From assembly GCA_963662435.1 (NCBI GenBank), contig OY759598.1:434001-498000 (forward strand): a stretch of 64,000 bases of DNA, given 5' to 3'. Made by a program: the position numbers and the translations under genes. The DNA comes from Dehalococcoidia bacterium (GTDB lineage: Bacteria; Chloroflexota; Dehalococcoidia; Lucifugimonadales; VXLM01). Shown in pieces: positions 19,236 through 29,005 of this stretch. The notes under the pieces were generated by a model, which searched no databases, was not told the DNA's origin, and saw only the letters and a program-made list of their open reading frames with translations. How positions within the stretch are numbered: the first letter of the stretch is position 1; each line of letters begins with the position of its first letter.

Positions 19236-19323
19236 CTCCCGTTCGCCGCACAACCTCCTGCCCCGTCCTCCACATCGGGTATACTACTCCCTAGCACAAT
19301 ACTCTCTACTTTCCCGGTATCTT

Positions 19324-20661
19324 ATGACCACTACCACCCTCCAGACCCTCACTTCCCTGTGCCGCCGCCGTGGATTCCTCTTCCAGAGCAGCGAGATCTA
19401 CGGCGGACTTGCCAGCACCTGGGACTACGGCCCCCTCGGCGTCGAGCTCAAGAACAACGTCAAGCGCCACTGGTGGCAGACCTTCGTCTGGGGTCGCCGC
19501 GACATGGTCGGCCTCGACGCCGCCATCCTCATGCACCCCGAGGTCTGGAGAGCCAGCGGCCACGTGGAGAACTTCACCGACCCCCTCGTCGACTGCCGCA
19601 GCTGCCGCCAGCGCTTCCGCGCAGACCACCTCGAAAGCGACGCCTGCCCAAATTGCGGCGAGACCGGCACCTTCACCGAGGCCCGCCAGTTTAACCTCAT
19701 GTTCGAGACCCACATGGGCCCCGTCCAAACCGACGATAATCTGGTCCACCTGCGGCCCGAGACCGCACAGGGCATCTTCGTGAACTTCGACAACGTCCTC
19801 AACACAACCCGGCGCAAGCTTCCGTTCGGCATCGCCCAGATCGGCAAGACCTTCCGCAACGAGATCACCACAGGCAACTTCATTTTCCGCACCCGTGAGT
19901 TCGAGATCATGGAGATCGAGTTTTTTGTAAAACCCGGCGAGGATGAGGACTGGCACCAAAAGTGGATCGATGACTGCATGGAGTGGTACACCAACCTCGG
20001 CGTCGACCCCGAACGCCTCCGACTCCGCCCCCACGAGTCCGACGAGCTCGCCCACTACGCAAAGGCCACCTACGACATCGAGTACCTCTACCCCTGGGGC
20101 TGGGGCGAGATCCAGGGCATCGCCAACCGCACGGACTTCGATCTCAAGGCGCACTCCGACGCCAGCGGAGAAAACCTCACCTACTTCGACGAGCAGGCCA
20201 AGGAGCGCTACACTCCCTACGTCATCGAGCCCTCCGCCGGCGTCGACCGCGCCGTCATGACCTTCCTCGCCGACGCCTACACCGAGGAGGAGACCGTCAG
20301 CGCCAAGGGCAAGACCGAGACGCGCGTCCTCCTCAAGCTCCATCCTTCGATCGCGCCCGTCAAGGTCGCCGTCCTCCCCCTCAGCCGCAACGAGCGCCTC
20401 GTCCCAACCGCCCACAGCGTCCACGACCTAATCCGAGAGTCAGGCGTCGTCGACGGCCTCACCCAGTACGACGACGCCCAGAGCATCGGCCGCCGCTACC
20501 GCCGCCAGGACGAAATCGGCACACCCCTCTGCGTCACCGTGGATTTCGACTCCCTCGACGACCACGCCGTCACCATCCGCGACCGCGACACTATGTCCCA
20601 AGTCCGCGTCCCCATCGACAACCTCGTCGCCGAGCTGCGCAGTCGGCTTAGCCTTGACTAG
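19324..20661 (+). CDS. glyQS: Glycine-tRNA ligase (alpha2 type)
   Basis: SSEIYGG, LRPETAQGIF, FRNEIT, RTREFE, IEPSAGVDR and IGRRYRRQDEIGTP motifs. Confidence 0.97.
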   Translation: MTTTTLQTLTSLCRRRGFLFQSSEIYGGLASTWDYGPLGVELKNNVKRHWWQTFVWGRRDMVGLDAAILMHPEVWRASGHVENFTDPLVDCRSCRQRFRADHLESDACPNCGETGTFTEARQFNLMFETHMGPVQTDDNLVHLRPETAQGIFVNFDNVLNTTRRKLPFGIAQIGKTFRNEITTGNFIFRTREFEIMEIEFFVKPGEDEDWHQKWIDDCMEWYTNLGVDPERLRLRPHESDELAHYAKATYDIEYLYPWGWGEIQGIANRTDFDLKAHSDASGENLTYFDEQAKERYTPYVIEPSAGVDRAVMTFLADAYTEEETVSAKGKTETRVLLKLHPSIAPVKVAVLPLSRNERLVPTAHSVHDLIRESGVVDGLTQYDDAQSIGRRYRRQDEIGTPLCVTVDFDSLDDHAVTIRDRDTMSQVRVPIDNLVAELRSRLSLD

Positions 20662-20682
20662 ATGTATCATAAATGATACTTT
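20654..20682 (+). promoter_or_regulatory. Promoter with palindromic operator for the DUF4160/HTH pair
   Basis: TTGACT-17-TACTTT with GTATCAT-AA-ATGATAC (20664-20679) overlapping the spacer and -10. Confidence 0.65.
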
Positions 20683-20700
20683 TGGCAAGGTAAGGCACAG

Positions 20701-20943
20701 ATGCCGACTGTAGCCATTGAGGGGCGGTTCCGATTCATGGTGCATACCAATGAACTGCCATATGAACCACCCCATGTGCACGTCTACGCTGGTGGCGAGA
20801 GTCTTTGCCGAATCGAGCTATATGGTGGAGAGTTTATGGAAGATCCTCCGGGTGGCATGCGGAGGGCCGTCCTTGAAGCCTATCGAAAACACGCTGTGGA
20901 AATCTTTCGCGTCTGGGATCGGATACACGGAGGGCTAGAGTGA
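20701..20943 (+). CDS. DUF4160-family putative toxin
   Basis: MPTV...FMVHTNE..EPPHVHV...W pattern. Confidence 0.8.
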   Translation: MPTVAIEGRFRFMVHTNELPYEPPHVHVYAGGESLCRIELYGGEFMEDPPGGMRRAVLEAYRKHAVEIFRVWDRIHGGLE

Positions 20944-21437
20944 CGACGAAGCTTGAAGTTACGGTCAAGAACGCCGACCGCCTCATCAACGCCGCGCGTG
21001 TCCTTCCCCGCGGTATCGAGATTACCTTTGCCGACGGACGCTCCGGGGTCATCCCCTTCGATGACATCCGGGGAATCAACCGGGAACGACTGGCAGGCGT
21101 CGAACTTCCAAGTCAGCATGTCCTCATCCTCCGCGACGCCAACGACGAGCCGGTGGAAATACCCTGGGACTTCGCCCGTCACTACTGCGACCCCGCATAT
21201 CGGGGGCGTTCTGAAGCCGCCGCGTCACGCGGTAGAAGCAGCATGGGGAATCGTGTCCGCGATCTCCGCAAACAGGCGCGCATGACCCAGCAGCAGCTGG
21301 CCGAATCCGCCGGTATCGGTCGCGTCACCCTCGTCCGCATCGAAAGCGGCTCATACTCCCCGCGATTCCGCACCCTCGACGCCCTAGCCCGCGCCCTGAA
21401 CCACCCCGTCTCCCACCTCCTCCTCGACGACGCCTAA
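20940..21437 (+). CDS. DUF2442-like domain fused to an XRE helix-turn-helix (putative antitoxin)
   Basis: IEITFADGRSG N-domain; MTQQQLAESAGIGRVTLVRIESG HTH; GTGA overlap with the upstream gene. Confidence 0.75.
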   Translation: MTTKLEVTVKNADRLINAARVLPRGIEITFADGRSGVIPFDDIRGINRERLAGVELPSQHVLILRDANDEPVEIPWDFARHYCDPAYRGRSEAAASRGRSSMGNRVRDLRKQARMTQQQLAESAGIGRVTLVRIESGSYSPRFRTLDALARALNHPVSHLLLDDA

Positions 21438-21505
21438 GGTCCTCACGGACTTGACAGAGTCCGTTATTATAGAATATACGTTCCGTGTTTAGGGAGAGGT
21501 GACGT

Positions 21506-21790
21506 ATGGGCCTGGACATCGGCGTGGTCAATATCAACTACCTGGATCGACCGATAGGGACAACCTATGACTTCCTCTGGCATCTCAACGTCAACGCCGA
21601 GGAGGCCGATTGAATCACCGGCGCCGAAGGCAGCACGTTCATCGAGATCACCAGAGAGACCATGGATAAACAGGTGCGGAGGTTCCAATCGGAAAACAAG
21701 CTCTCCCAAAACGCATTCGAGAGAGTCCAGCGTTGGGTAGCCTCTCTCCCATGGAAGGGCGACATAATCATGCTACACTTCGGCTGGTAG
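21506..21790 (+). pseudogene. 94-codon hypothetical gene interrupted by an in-frame TGA at codon 36
   Basis: GGAGAGGT RBS; MGLDIGVVNINYLDRP...AEEAD*ITGAEG...WVASLPWKGDIIMLHFGW; TGA at 21611-21613. Confidence 0.6.
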
Positions 21791-21890
21791 CGTCTTGCCA
21801 CGTCGAGTTCTGCCGCACAACAGTTTTTCCCGCACCTTCCCCACCACACCCTGCATCCAATACTATAGAAGCACGTGGGAGGGAATGACC

Positions 21891-22421
21891 GTGAAGATAC
21901 TCTACTCGCTCATCGCCGCATCTATTTTCATCATCCTCGCCGCTGCCTGCGGGAGTGACGGCGACTCATCCGACGAAGGAAGCAGGGACGTCGCCGCGTC
22001 CTTCAGCTTCGAGGCATTCGGCAACGAGAACTTCGACAAGGGCCAGGCCATCAGCCTTGATACCTTTGAGGGCCAGCCCATCGTCCTCAACTTCTGGTAC
22101 CCCTCATGTCCCCCGTGCCGCCTTGAGATGCCCCACTTCGAGGCCGCCTTCCAGACGCACAAGGACGAGGTCGCCTTCGTCGCCATCCAGCAGCTTGGCC
22201 TCGACTCCGAAGATGAAGGCCAGGAGTTCGTCGAGGAGTTCGGCCTCACCTACGCCGTCGGCCCCGACACCTCCGGCACCGTCATCAAGGAATACGACGT
22301 CAAGACCTTCCCGACCACAGTCTTCCTCGATGCCGACCACACAATCGTCCGCAAGTGGGCCGGCCCCCTCAACGAGGAAAAGCTCAACGAGCTCATCGAG
22401 GAGATTCTCCCCACGTCCTAG
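21891..22421 (+). CDS. TlpA/ResA-like thiol-disulfide oxidoreductase lipoprotein
   Basis: Lipobox LAAAC, VLNFWYPSCPPCRLEMP, FPTTVFLD. Confidence 0.9.
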   Translation: MKILYSLIAASIFIILAAACGSDGDSSDEGSRDVAASFSFEAFGNENFDKGQAISLDTFEGQPIVLNFWYPSCPPCRLEMPHFEAAFQTHKDEVAFVAIQQLGLDSEDEGQEFVEEFGLTYAVGPDTSGTVIKEYDVKTFPTTVFLDADHTIVRKWAGPLNEEKLNELIEEILPTS

Positions 22422-22603
22422 TCGTTGCCCGCCAAGCCTAAGCTCTCTCCTCACTCTGCGATCTCTGTGCGCTCTTTGGTGAATCCCCCTCTTCCCGCAG
22501 CTACCCCAAACCTTGTCGAAGCGCGAGTCGCCATACATAATACGTTCGCCCACGCATCACTTACGGGGCGGGCACTGAGATTATCGAAGGGCGGGAGAGC
22601 AAG

Positions 22604-23101
22604 GTGGACTTTTCCGACGTATTCCTCACCATCGTGCGATGGCTCCATGCACTCGCCGCGGCTGCATGGGTCGGCGGGAGCCTCTTCTACCTCATCGTCC
22701 TCATTCCCACGCTAAAGCGAGTCCCTGACGTTCCCCGCGCGCTCTCCGCCGCCCTCGGAGTCGAGTTCCGCACCGTTGTAGTCACCAGCATAATCGTCCT
22801 CGTAGCCACCGGCGCCATCCTTGCCTTCGACCGCCTCACCGAGGTCGAGCCGCCATACGCCGCCACCCTCGGTGTCAAGGTCGTCCTCTCCGTCTGGATG
22901 TTCGCCCTCGTCCGCGACCGCCGACGACACGCCAGGATCCTCACCGACTACGAACAGAGACCCGCTTCCCCAACCACTCTCTGGGGAAAGCTAGTAGACG
23001 CCGTATCGGGGTACAATACACTTGTGATTCTCGGAGTGGCGGTCTTCTTCCTGTCCGACCTGCTCGGGGTCCTTTTCGAGATCGAGCTCCGCACCGAATA
23101 G
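22604..23101 (+). CDS. CopD/DUF4149-like membrane protein
   Basis: RWLHALAAAAWVGG motif; 4 TM helices. Confidence 0.65.
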   Translation: MDFSDVFLTIVRWLHALAAAAWVGGSLFYLIVLIPTLKRVPDVPRALSAALGVEFRTVVVTSIIVLVATGAILAFDRLTEVEPPYAATLGVKVVLSVWMFALVRDRRRHARILTDYEQRPASPTTLWGKLVDAVSGYNTLVILGVAVFFLSDLLGVLFEIELRTE

Positions 23102-23116
23102 GGGTGAGTCCCAGCC

Positions 23117-23299
23117 ATGAAGCACAGCCTCCTAGATATCCTCGTCTGCCCCCTCTGCAAGGGCGATCTCGCCCTCACCGTCGACCACGAACAGGACGGC
23201 GAGATCGTCACCGGAAGCCTCCGCTGCAACTCCTGCGACGAGACCTACCCCATTGAAGACACCATCCCCAACATGCTCCCGCCCGAGTTGCGGGACTGA
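23117..23299 (+). CDS. Trm112-like protein
   Basis: LLDILVCPLCKGDL...LRCNSCDETYPIEDTIPNML. Confidence 0.9.
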   Translation: MKHSLLDILVCPLCKGDLALTVDHEQDGEIVTGSLRCNSCDETYPIEDTIPNMLPPELRD

Positions 23300-23424
23300 G
23301 CGATACACCCTCCGTTCGCATAGTCCCCCTCCGCTCGTGGTGAGCTTGTCGAACCACAAAATCACGGGCGGAGTGGACGAGAATGGGGCCCCGGAGCAAC
23401 CGACCTATGAGCGCGGATGACGAC

Positions 23425-24822
23425 ATGACCAAGCCGCAACGGCCCTCTGACACTCCAGAGGGCAACTCTCTCGCGCTCTTCACCGACCTCTACCAGCTAA
23501 CCATGCTCCAGGCCTACTTCGAGGAGCGCATGACCGAGCGCGCCGTCTTCAGCCTCTTCGTTCGCCGACTGCCGCCCAACCGCAACTTCCTCTTAGCCTG
23601 CGGACTCGACACCGTCCTTGACTACCTCGAGTCCCTCCGGTTCAACCAGCAAGACCTTGCCTACCTGGAATCCCTCGGCATGTTTTCCGATCGCTTCCTC
23701 ACATGGCTTGCCGACATTCGCTTCACCGGCGATGTCCACGCCGTCCGTGAGGGCACTCCAATCTTCGCGAACGAGCCCATCATCGAGGTCGAGGCACCCC
23801 TGCCCGAAGCCCAGCTGATCGAGACCTATCTGTTGAACCAGGTCCAGCTCCAGACCATGCTGGCGTCCAAGGCCTGCCGCGTCGTCACTGCCGCACAGGG
23901 CCGCTCGGTCATCGACTTCGGTGCCCGGCGCATGCACGGTACCGACGCAGCCATCAACGCAGCACGCGCCTTCTGGATCGCGGGCGTCAACGCCACCTCC
24001 AACGTCCTCGCCGGTAAGCAATTCAACATTCCCGTCGCCGGAACGATGGCCCACAGTTACATCCAGGCCCACGGCGACGAGTCCGCCGCCTTCCGCGCCT
24101 TCGCCGAGCTCTATCCCAACTCCGTCCTCTTGATCGACACCTACGACACACTTGCTGGCGTGAAAAAGGTTATCGACCTTTCAAGACGCCTCCATGATGA
24201 ATTCAAGGTCAGAGCGGTCCGCCTAGACTCCGGTGACCTCCTCGACCTCTCGCAGCGAGTCCGCTCCGCACTCGACGACGCTGGACTGAACTCCGTCCAG
24301 ATCATCGCCAGCAGCAGCCTAGACGAGTACGAAATCGAACGGCTCATCACGTCGGGCGCTCCGATAGACGGCTTCGGCGTAGGCACGGCCATGGGCGTCT
24401 CAGCCGACGCACCGTACCTCGATATCGTGTACAAGCTCACCTCTTATGCTGGCGAGGGACGGGTCAAGCTTGCAACGTCCAAACCCGTCCTCCCAGGCCG
24501 CAAGCAGGTCTTCCGTATGTCGGATGGCGACAACGACACGGGTGATATCGTCGGACGCGCCAGCGAAGACCTTCCAGGCCGCCCACTGCTCCAATTGGTC
24601 ATGCAAGATGGAGCACGTCTCATTCAGCCCACACCCGACCTCGATGCTACTCGCCGCTACGCCGCCGAGCAGATCGCCCGCCTGCCGGAGGCAGTACGAA
24701 GCCTGCCCGAAGCAGACCAGCCATACCCCGTCGAGATCAGCCCCAAACTAACCGCCTACCATCAAGAGGTAGTCCGTAAGACCGCCGCACAGTCCTCGAA
24801 GTCTGAGTACGGCAAAAAGTGA
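23425..24822 (+). CDS. pncB: Nicotinate phosphoribosyltransferase
   Basis: LFTDLYQLTM, DFGARR, GTMAHS, LIDTYD, VRLDSGD and FGVGT motifs (start uncertain). Confidence 0.95.
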   Translation: MTKPQRPSDTPEGNSLALFTDLYQLTMLQAYFEERMTERAVFSLFVRRLPPNRNFLLACGLDTVLDYLESLRFNQQDLAYLESLGMFSDRFLTWLADIRFTGDVHAVREGTPIFANEPIIEVEAPLPEAQLIETYLLNQVQLQTMLASKACRVVTAAQGRSVIDFGARRMHGTDAAINAARAFWIAGVNATSNVLAGKQFNIPVAGTMAHSYIQAHGDESAAFRAFAELYPNSVLLIDTYDTLAGVKKVIDLSRRLHDEFKVRAVRLDSGDLLDLSQRVRSALDDAGLNSVQIIASSSLDEYEIERLITSGAPIDGFGVGTAMGVSADAPYLDIVYKLTSYAGEGRVKLATSKPVLPGRKQVFRMSDGDNDTGDIVGRASEDLPGRPLLQLVMQDGARLIQPTPDLDATRRYAAEQIARLPEAVRSLPEADQPYPVEISPKLTAYHQEVVRKTAAQSSKSEYGKK

Positions 24823-24977
24823 CTGCTACCAAGGGAATTGCGATGACTCCCTTACCATCGTTGAGAAAGACCTAACATGATCCGTTCGCCCTGAGCTTGT
24901 CGAAGGGTAATTCTCCGCAAAGGCGGCTCTTTCTGAGATAATCCCTATTACCACGGAAGACCCGAAAGGGGAATGCC

Positions 24978-25547
24978 ATGACTGCCAGTCCCACCGAAAT
25001 GAAAGCTGGCGACGCGCTCATCATTGTCGATGTCCAGAACGACTTCTGCCCCGGCGGCGCGCTTCCCATTGAGAGAGGCGACGAAGTCGTCCCCGTCCTG
25101 AACGAATGGATCGCGGCGGCGCAGGCAAGCGACACGCCCGTATTCGCCTCCCGTGATTACCACCCGCAGGGACACATGAGCTTCGACGAAAGCGGAGGCC
25201 CCTGGCCACTGCACTGCATCCAGGACACCGTAGGCGCACAGTTTCACCCCGATCTTGCCCTCCCCGACAACGCCGTGGTCGTCACCAAGGGCGTCCGCCT
25301 CGACCAGGACCAAAACTCCGCCTTCGACCAGACCGGCCTCGCAACCGAGCTAAACAAACAGAATGTCGAACGAGTATTCGTCGGCGGGCTAGCCGAGGAC
25401 GTCTGCGTTCTCGCCACGGCTCTGGACGGCCGACGTGAAGGCTTCGAAGTCATTCTCATCCAAGACGCCACCCGCCCCGTCACCGCCGAAGGCGGCGCCT
25501 CAGCCCGGCAACAAATGCAAGACGCCGGTGTCCGCCTAAGCACCTGA
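24978..25547 (+). CDS. pncA: Nicotinamidase/pyrazinamidase
   Basis: IVDVQNDFCPGG, DYHP, WPLHC and GLAEDVCV motifs. Confidence 0.92.
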   Translation: MTASPTEMKAGDALIIVDVQNDFCPGGALPIERGDEVVPVLNEWIAAAQASDTPVFASRDYHPQGHMSFDESGGPWPLHCIQDTVGAQFHPDLALPDNAVVVTKGVRLDQDQNSAFDQTGLATELNKQNVERVFVGGLAEDVCVLATALDGRREGFEVILIQDATRPVTAEGGASARQQMQDAGVRLST

Positions 25548-25571
25548 CTAGCGGTGACAACGGCGCACCCG

Positions 25572-26084
25572 TCATAATGGCGAAGTCCGGTATCCAGAGG
25601 GGAAGGGCATAGGGGTCCTTTGCGAGATACCACCCAATTCCCCAACCAACTCCGCCGCCGTCATCCCTGACACCGGAAGCACAACCTCAGGCGCAATCTC
25701 CGCCAGCGGACGCAGCACGAAGTCCCGCTCCGTCATCCGCGGATGCGGCACCGTCAGGTGCGGCAGGTCAATCACGAGGCTCCCGTACAGCAGGATGTCG
25801 ATATCCAGCATCCGTGGTCCATTCAAGACCGGCCCCCGCACCCCCGCCTCGCGCTGAATCCCACGAATCTCCCTCAGCAACTCGAACACATTCAACCCCG
25901 TCCACATGCCGCACACTGCGTTGACGAACGAAGGCTGCAGGGTCACACCCACAGGCGCCGTCTCGTACAGGCTCGATATCCTCAGACTGCTCGAAATCCC
26001 GTATAAACTCTCAACCGCCCGCTCGATATTCCCCCGCTTGTCTCCGAGATTCGAGCCCAGCCCAAGATACATTTCAGTCAGCAT
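25572..26084 (-). CDS. folK: 2-amino-4-hydroxy-6-hydroxymethyldihydropteridine diphosphokinase
   Basis: LGLGSNLGD, SSLYET, GPRMLDIDIL and PHPRMTERDFV motifs. Confidence 0.95.
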   Translation of the reverse strand: MLTEMYLGLGSNLGDKRGNIERAVESLYGISSSLRISSLYETAPVGVTLQPSFVNAVCGMWTGLNVFELLREIRGIQREAGVRGPVLNGPRMLDIDILLYGSLVIDLPHLTVPHPRMTERDFVLRPLAEIAPEVVLPVSGMTAAELVGELGGISQRTPMPFPSGYRTSPL

Positions 26085-26946
26085 CGTCCTGACTCCAACC
26101 GCGCGCGACGGCGTCCGTCATCCTCGCGACACGCGCCATTTCCTTAACGTCATGCACCCGCACGATGTCCGCGCCCCCCGCAATCGAAAGCGCCACCGTC
26201 GCCGCCGTTCCTTCCACCCGGTCTTCAACCGGCAGCCCGAGTACGTATCCAATTGTCGACTTCCGCGACATCCCTACGAGCAGAGGCAACTCCAACTCCC
26301 TGAACTCGTCGAGCCTCCGCAGAATCTCAAGATTCTGCTCTGCCGACTTTCCAAAACCCATCCCCGGGTCTACGATGATATTCTCCCGTTTCACCCCGCC
26401 CAGCAAGGCCTTATCGACCCGCCGCCTCAGTCCTTCGATTACGTCCGGCACGAGGTCGTCGTAGTCCGTCCCAACCTGGTTGTGCATCAGCACCACCGGC
26501 ACTCCGGCGCTGGCCGCGACCCTTAGCATATCCGGGTCTCTCTGCAGCGCCCAAACGTCGTTGATCATCAATGCCCCTGCTTCAATCGCAGCCTGTGCCA
26601 CCTCCGCCTTGTATGTATCGATGCTCACCGGCAGGTTGGTCTCCCGCCTGATCGACTCGATCATTGGAAGCACTCGATCCAGCTCTTCTTCTGTTGAAAC
26701 AGGCTCCGACTGGGCGTATATTCCCGGCGGGCGTGTCGACTCACCGCCCACGTCAATGATGTCCGCGCCGTCCTCCTGAAACTGCTCAGCCAGCCTCAGC
26801 GCCTCGTCCACGTCCTTGCCCACCCCGTCATTCGAGAACGAGTCCGGCGTCACGTTGATCACACCCATCACATACGTCCGCTCGCCCCAGACGAAACGTC
26901 TTCCCCCGATGTCCTTGTTGCCCTTGAGTGGCGCTGAGACGTCCAT
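26074..26946 (-). CDS. folP: Dihydropteroate synthase
   Basis: MGVINVTPDSFS, DVGGESTRP, DPGMGFGK, SRKS and VRVHDV motifs. Confidence 0.97.
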   Translation of the reverse strand: MDVSAPLKGNKDIGGRRFVWGERTYVMGVINVTPDSFSNDGVGKDVDEALRLAEQFQEDGADIIDVGGESTRPPGIYAQSEPVSTEEELDRVLPMIESIRRETNLPVSIDTYKAEVAQAAIEAGALMINDVWALQRDPDMLRVAASAGVPVVLMHNQVGTDYDDLVPDVIEGLRRRVDKALLGGVKRENIIVDPGMGFGKSAEQNLEILRRLDEFRELELPLLVGMSRKSTIGYVLGLPVEDRVEGTAATVALSIAGGADIVRVHDVKEMARVARMTDAVARGWSQDDAD

Positions 26947-27102
26947 GAAACTCGACTTTGCGGCCCCTTTGACCGGGGCGCGATTACCTTGCTAGGGTCG
27001 TGGAGATTTGGTAGTGTGATTGAGGTCATTGTATCCCATCGAGCGGACGGCGACCCCGCACGTTCGCTCGAAGTTTGTCATAGGCAGGACGAGTCCGTCA
27101 GC

Positions 27103-28665
27103 ATGGTCCTAAAACGCAAAGTAGACGTTATGCGCGAGGAGCTTGAGGCTCTCAGCGAGAAGTCTCGTCAGGGCGGTGGTCCGTCTCGCATAGAGGCGCA
27201 GCACGCCAAGGGCAAGCTAACAGCCCGTGAACGCATCGACCTCCTCTTCGACGAGGGCACCTTCGAGGAGCTCGACGCTTTCGTGGAACACCGTGCCACC
27301 GAGTTCGGCATGGCCAATCGCAAGTACCTTGGCGACGCAGTCGTCACCGGCTACGGCAAGATCGCAGGCAGAGTGGCATTCGTCTACGCGCAAGACTTCA
27401 CCGTCATCGGCGGCACGCTGTCCGAGGTCGTGGCACAGAAGATATGCAAGGTCATGGACCTCGCCGCCAATAGCGGCGCGCCGGTCGTCGGCCTTATCGA
27501 TTCTGGCGGCGCGCGCATCCAGGAGGGCATCGACAGCCTCGCCGGATACAGCGCCATCTTCCAACGAAACGTACGTTACTCCGGCGTCGTCCCCCAGATA
27601 TCAGCCATGCTCGGCCCCGCAGCAGGCGGAGCCGTCTACTCCCCAGCCTTGACCGACTTCATCATGATGGTGCGGGGAATCGGCCAGCTCTACATCACCG
27701 GCCCCGATGTGGTGAAAGCTGCCACCGGCGAGGTAGTCTCTCACGACGAGTTGGGAGGAGCCGAGGCACACGCTTCCAAGAGCGGCGTTTGCCAGTTCGT
27801 TTGGGAGTCTGAACAGGAATGCCTCAACCAGATTCGCCGTCTCCTCAGCTTCCTCCCACAGAACAACATGGAGGAACCTCCGCGACAGGAGACCCAGGAC
27901 GAGCCGGAACGCCGCGACCGTGGCCTCCTCCACGTCGTCCCTGACAACCCCAATCAGCCCTACGACATGATGGACATCATCCTCCAGGTGATCGACGACG
28001 CCGACTTCATGGAGGTGCACGAGCTGTACGCCCGAAACATCATCGTTGGGTTTGCCCGGTTCGATGGCCGTCCGGTCGGCATCATTGCCCAGCAGCCCGA
28101 CCACCTCGCGGGCCTGCTCGATATCAACGCCTCCACCAAGGCCGCCCGTTTCATCCGCTTCTGCGACGCATTCAACGTTCCCCTCGTCACCTTCATCGAC
28201 GTGCCGGGTTACATGCCTGGCACCGTCCAGGAGCACGGCGGCATAATCAAGCACGGAGCAAAGCTCCTCTACGCCTATGCGGAGGCCACCGTGCCAAAGA
28301 TCAGCGTCCTCGTCCGCAAGGCATACGGCGGGGCGTACATCGCCATGAGTAGCAAGAACCTGAAGGGAGACGTCAACTACGCCTGGCCCACCGGGCAGGT
28401 CGCCGTGATGGGCGCCGAGGGTGCGGTCAACATCGTCTACCGCGACCAGATCAGTAAGGACGACGAGCCCGAGGCCAAGAGGGCCGAGCTCATTGAGGAG
28501 TACGAACGCCTCTTCATGAACCCCTACGTCGCCGCCAGTCGTGGCCTCATCGACGATGTGATAGACCCTGCCGATACGCGGCCCAAGATCATCCACGCCC
28601 TCGAAATGCTCGAAAACAAGCGCGAGACCCTGCCCCCGAAGAAGCACGGGAGCATCCCCCTGTGA
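27103..28665 (+). CDS. Acyl-CoA carboxyltransferase (PccB/MmdA/transcarboxylase 12S family)
   Basis: KGKLTARERI, DSGGARIQEG, GGAVYSPALTD, RKAYGGAY and PKKHG motifs. Confidence 0.92.
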   Translation: MVLKRKVDVMREELEALSEKSRQGGGPSRIEAQHAKGKLTARERIDLLFDEGTFEELDAFVEHRATEFGMANRKYLGDAVVTGYGKIAGRVAFVYAQDFTVIGGTLSEVVAQKICKVMDLAANSGAPVVGLIDSGGARIQEGIDSLAGYSAIFQRNVRYSGVVPQISAMLGPAAGGAVYSPALTDFIMMVRGIGQLYITGPDVVKAATGEVVSHDELGGAEAHASKSGVCQFVWESEQECLNQIRRLLSFLPQNNMEEPPRQETQDEPERRDRGLLHVVPDNPNQPYDMMDIILQVIDDADFMEVHELYARNIIVGFARFDGRPVGIIAQQPDHLAGLLDINASTKAARFIRFCDAFNVPLVTFIDVPGYMPGTVQEHGGIIKHGAKLLYAYAEATVPKISVLVRKAYGGAYIAMSSKNLKGDVNYAWPTGQVAVMGAEGAVNIVYRDQISKDDEPEAKRAELIEEYERLFMNPYVAASRGLIDDVIDPADTRPKIIHALEMLENKRETLPPKKHGSIPL

Positions 28666-28856
28666 CTGACCGTTCCGATAAGCTCATGTCCGCGGCAATC
28701 GCCGCTGTACAAGAGTATCTCGACCAGGATGCCTATCGTATCGTCGACAGGCAGGAACACCGCCCTTTGAGTCGCTGGAAGTCGACCACGTGGCGCACCC
28801 TCAGGGAGAGTAATCACTATCCGACCAACCTCTGGAAACACACCGCCTGGCATTGA
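28662..28856 (+). CDS. Small accessory subunit (acyl-CoA carboxylase epsilon-like)
   Basis: Translationally coupled to the carboxyltransferase; AAIAAVQEYL...SRW pattern. Confidence 0.55.
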   Translation: MTDRSDKLMSAAIAAVQEYLDQDAYRIVDRQEHRPLSRWKSTTWRTLRESNHYPTNLWKHTAWH

Positions 28857-29005
28857 GCAACGTTCCAAGGATTCCACTCAGCGAGTTCCAAACAGAGTAG
28901 TGGAAGGGAAAAACACGTTCGCCCTGAGCCTGTCGAAGGGCAATTCGGAACCAACATTGTCGTCTCTAAGTGACCAACTGATCTGAGCCCTAAGTGCCCC
29001 ATCGC

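Noticed and set aside
19236..19323. T-box leader for glyQS
   Set aside because: The region is under 90 nt and lacks the T-box consensus
19306..20424. Long antisense ORFs (372 aa opposite glyQS; others such as 27601-28647, 10278-11249, 48815-49858, 40693-41790)
   Set aside because: Shadow frames of GC-rich genes with clear family motifs on the opposite strand
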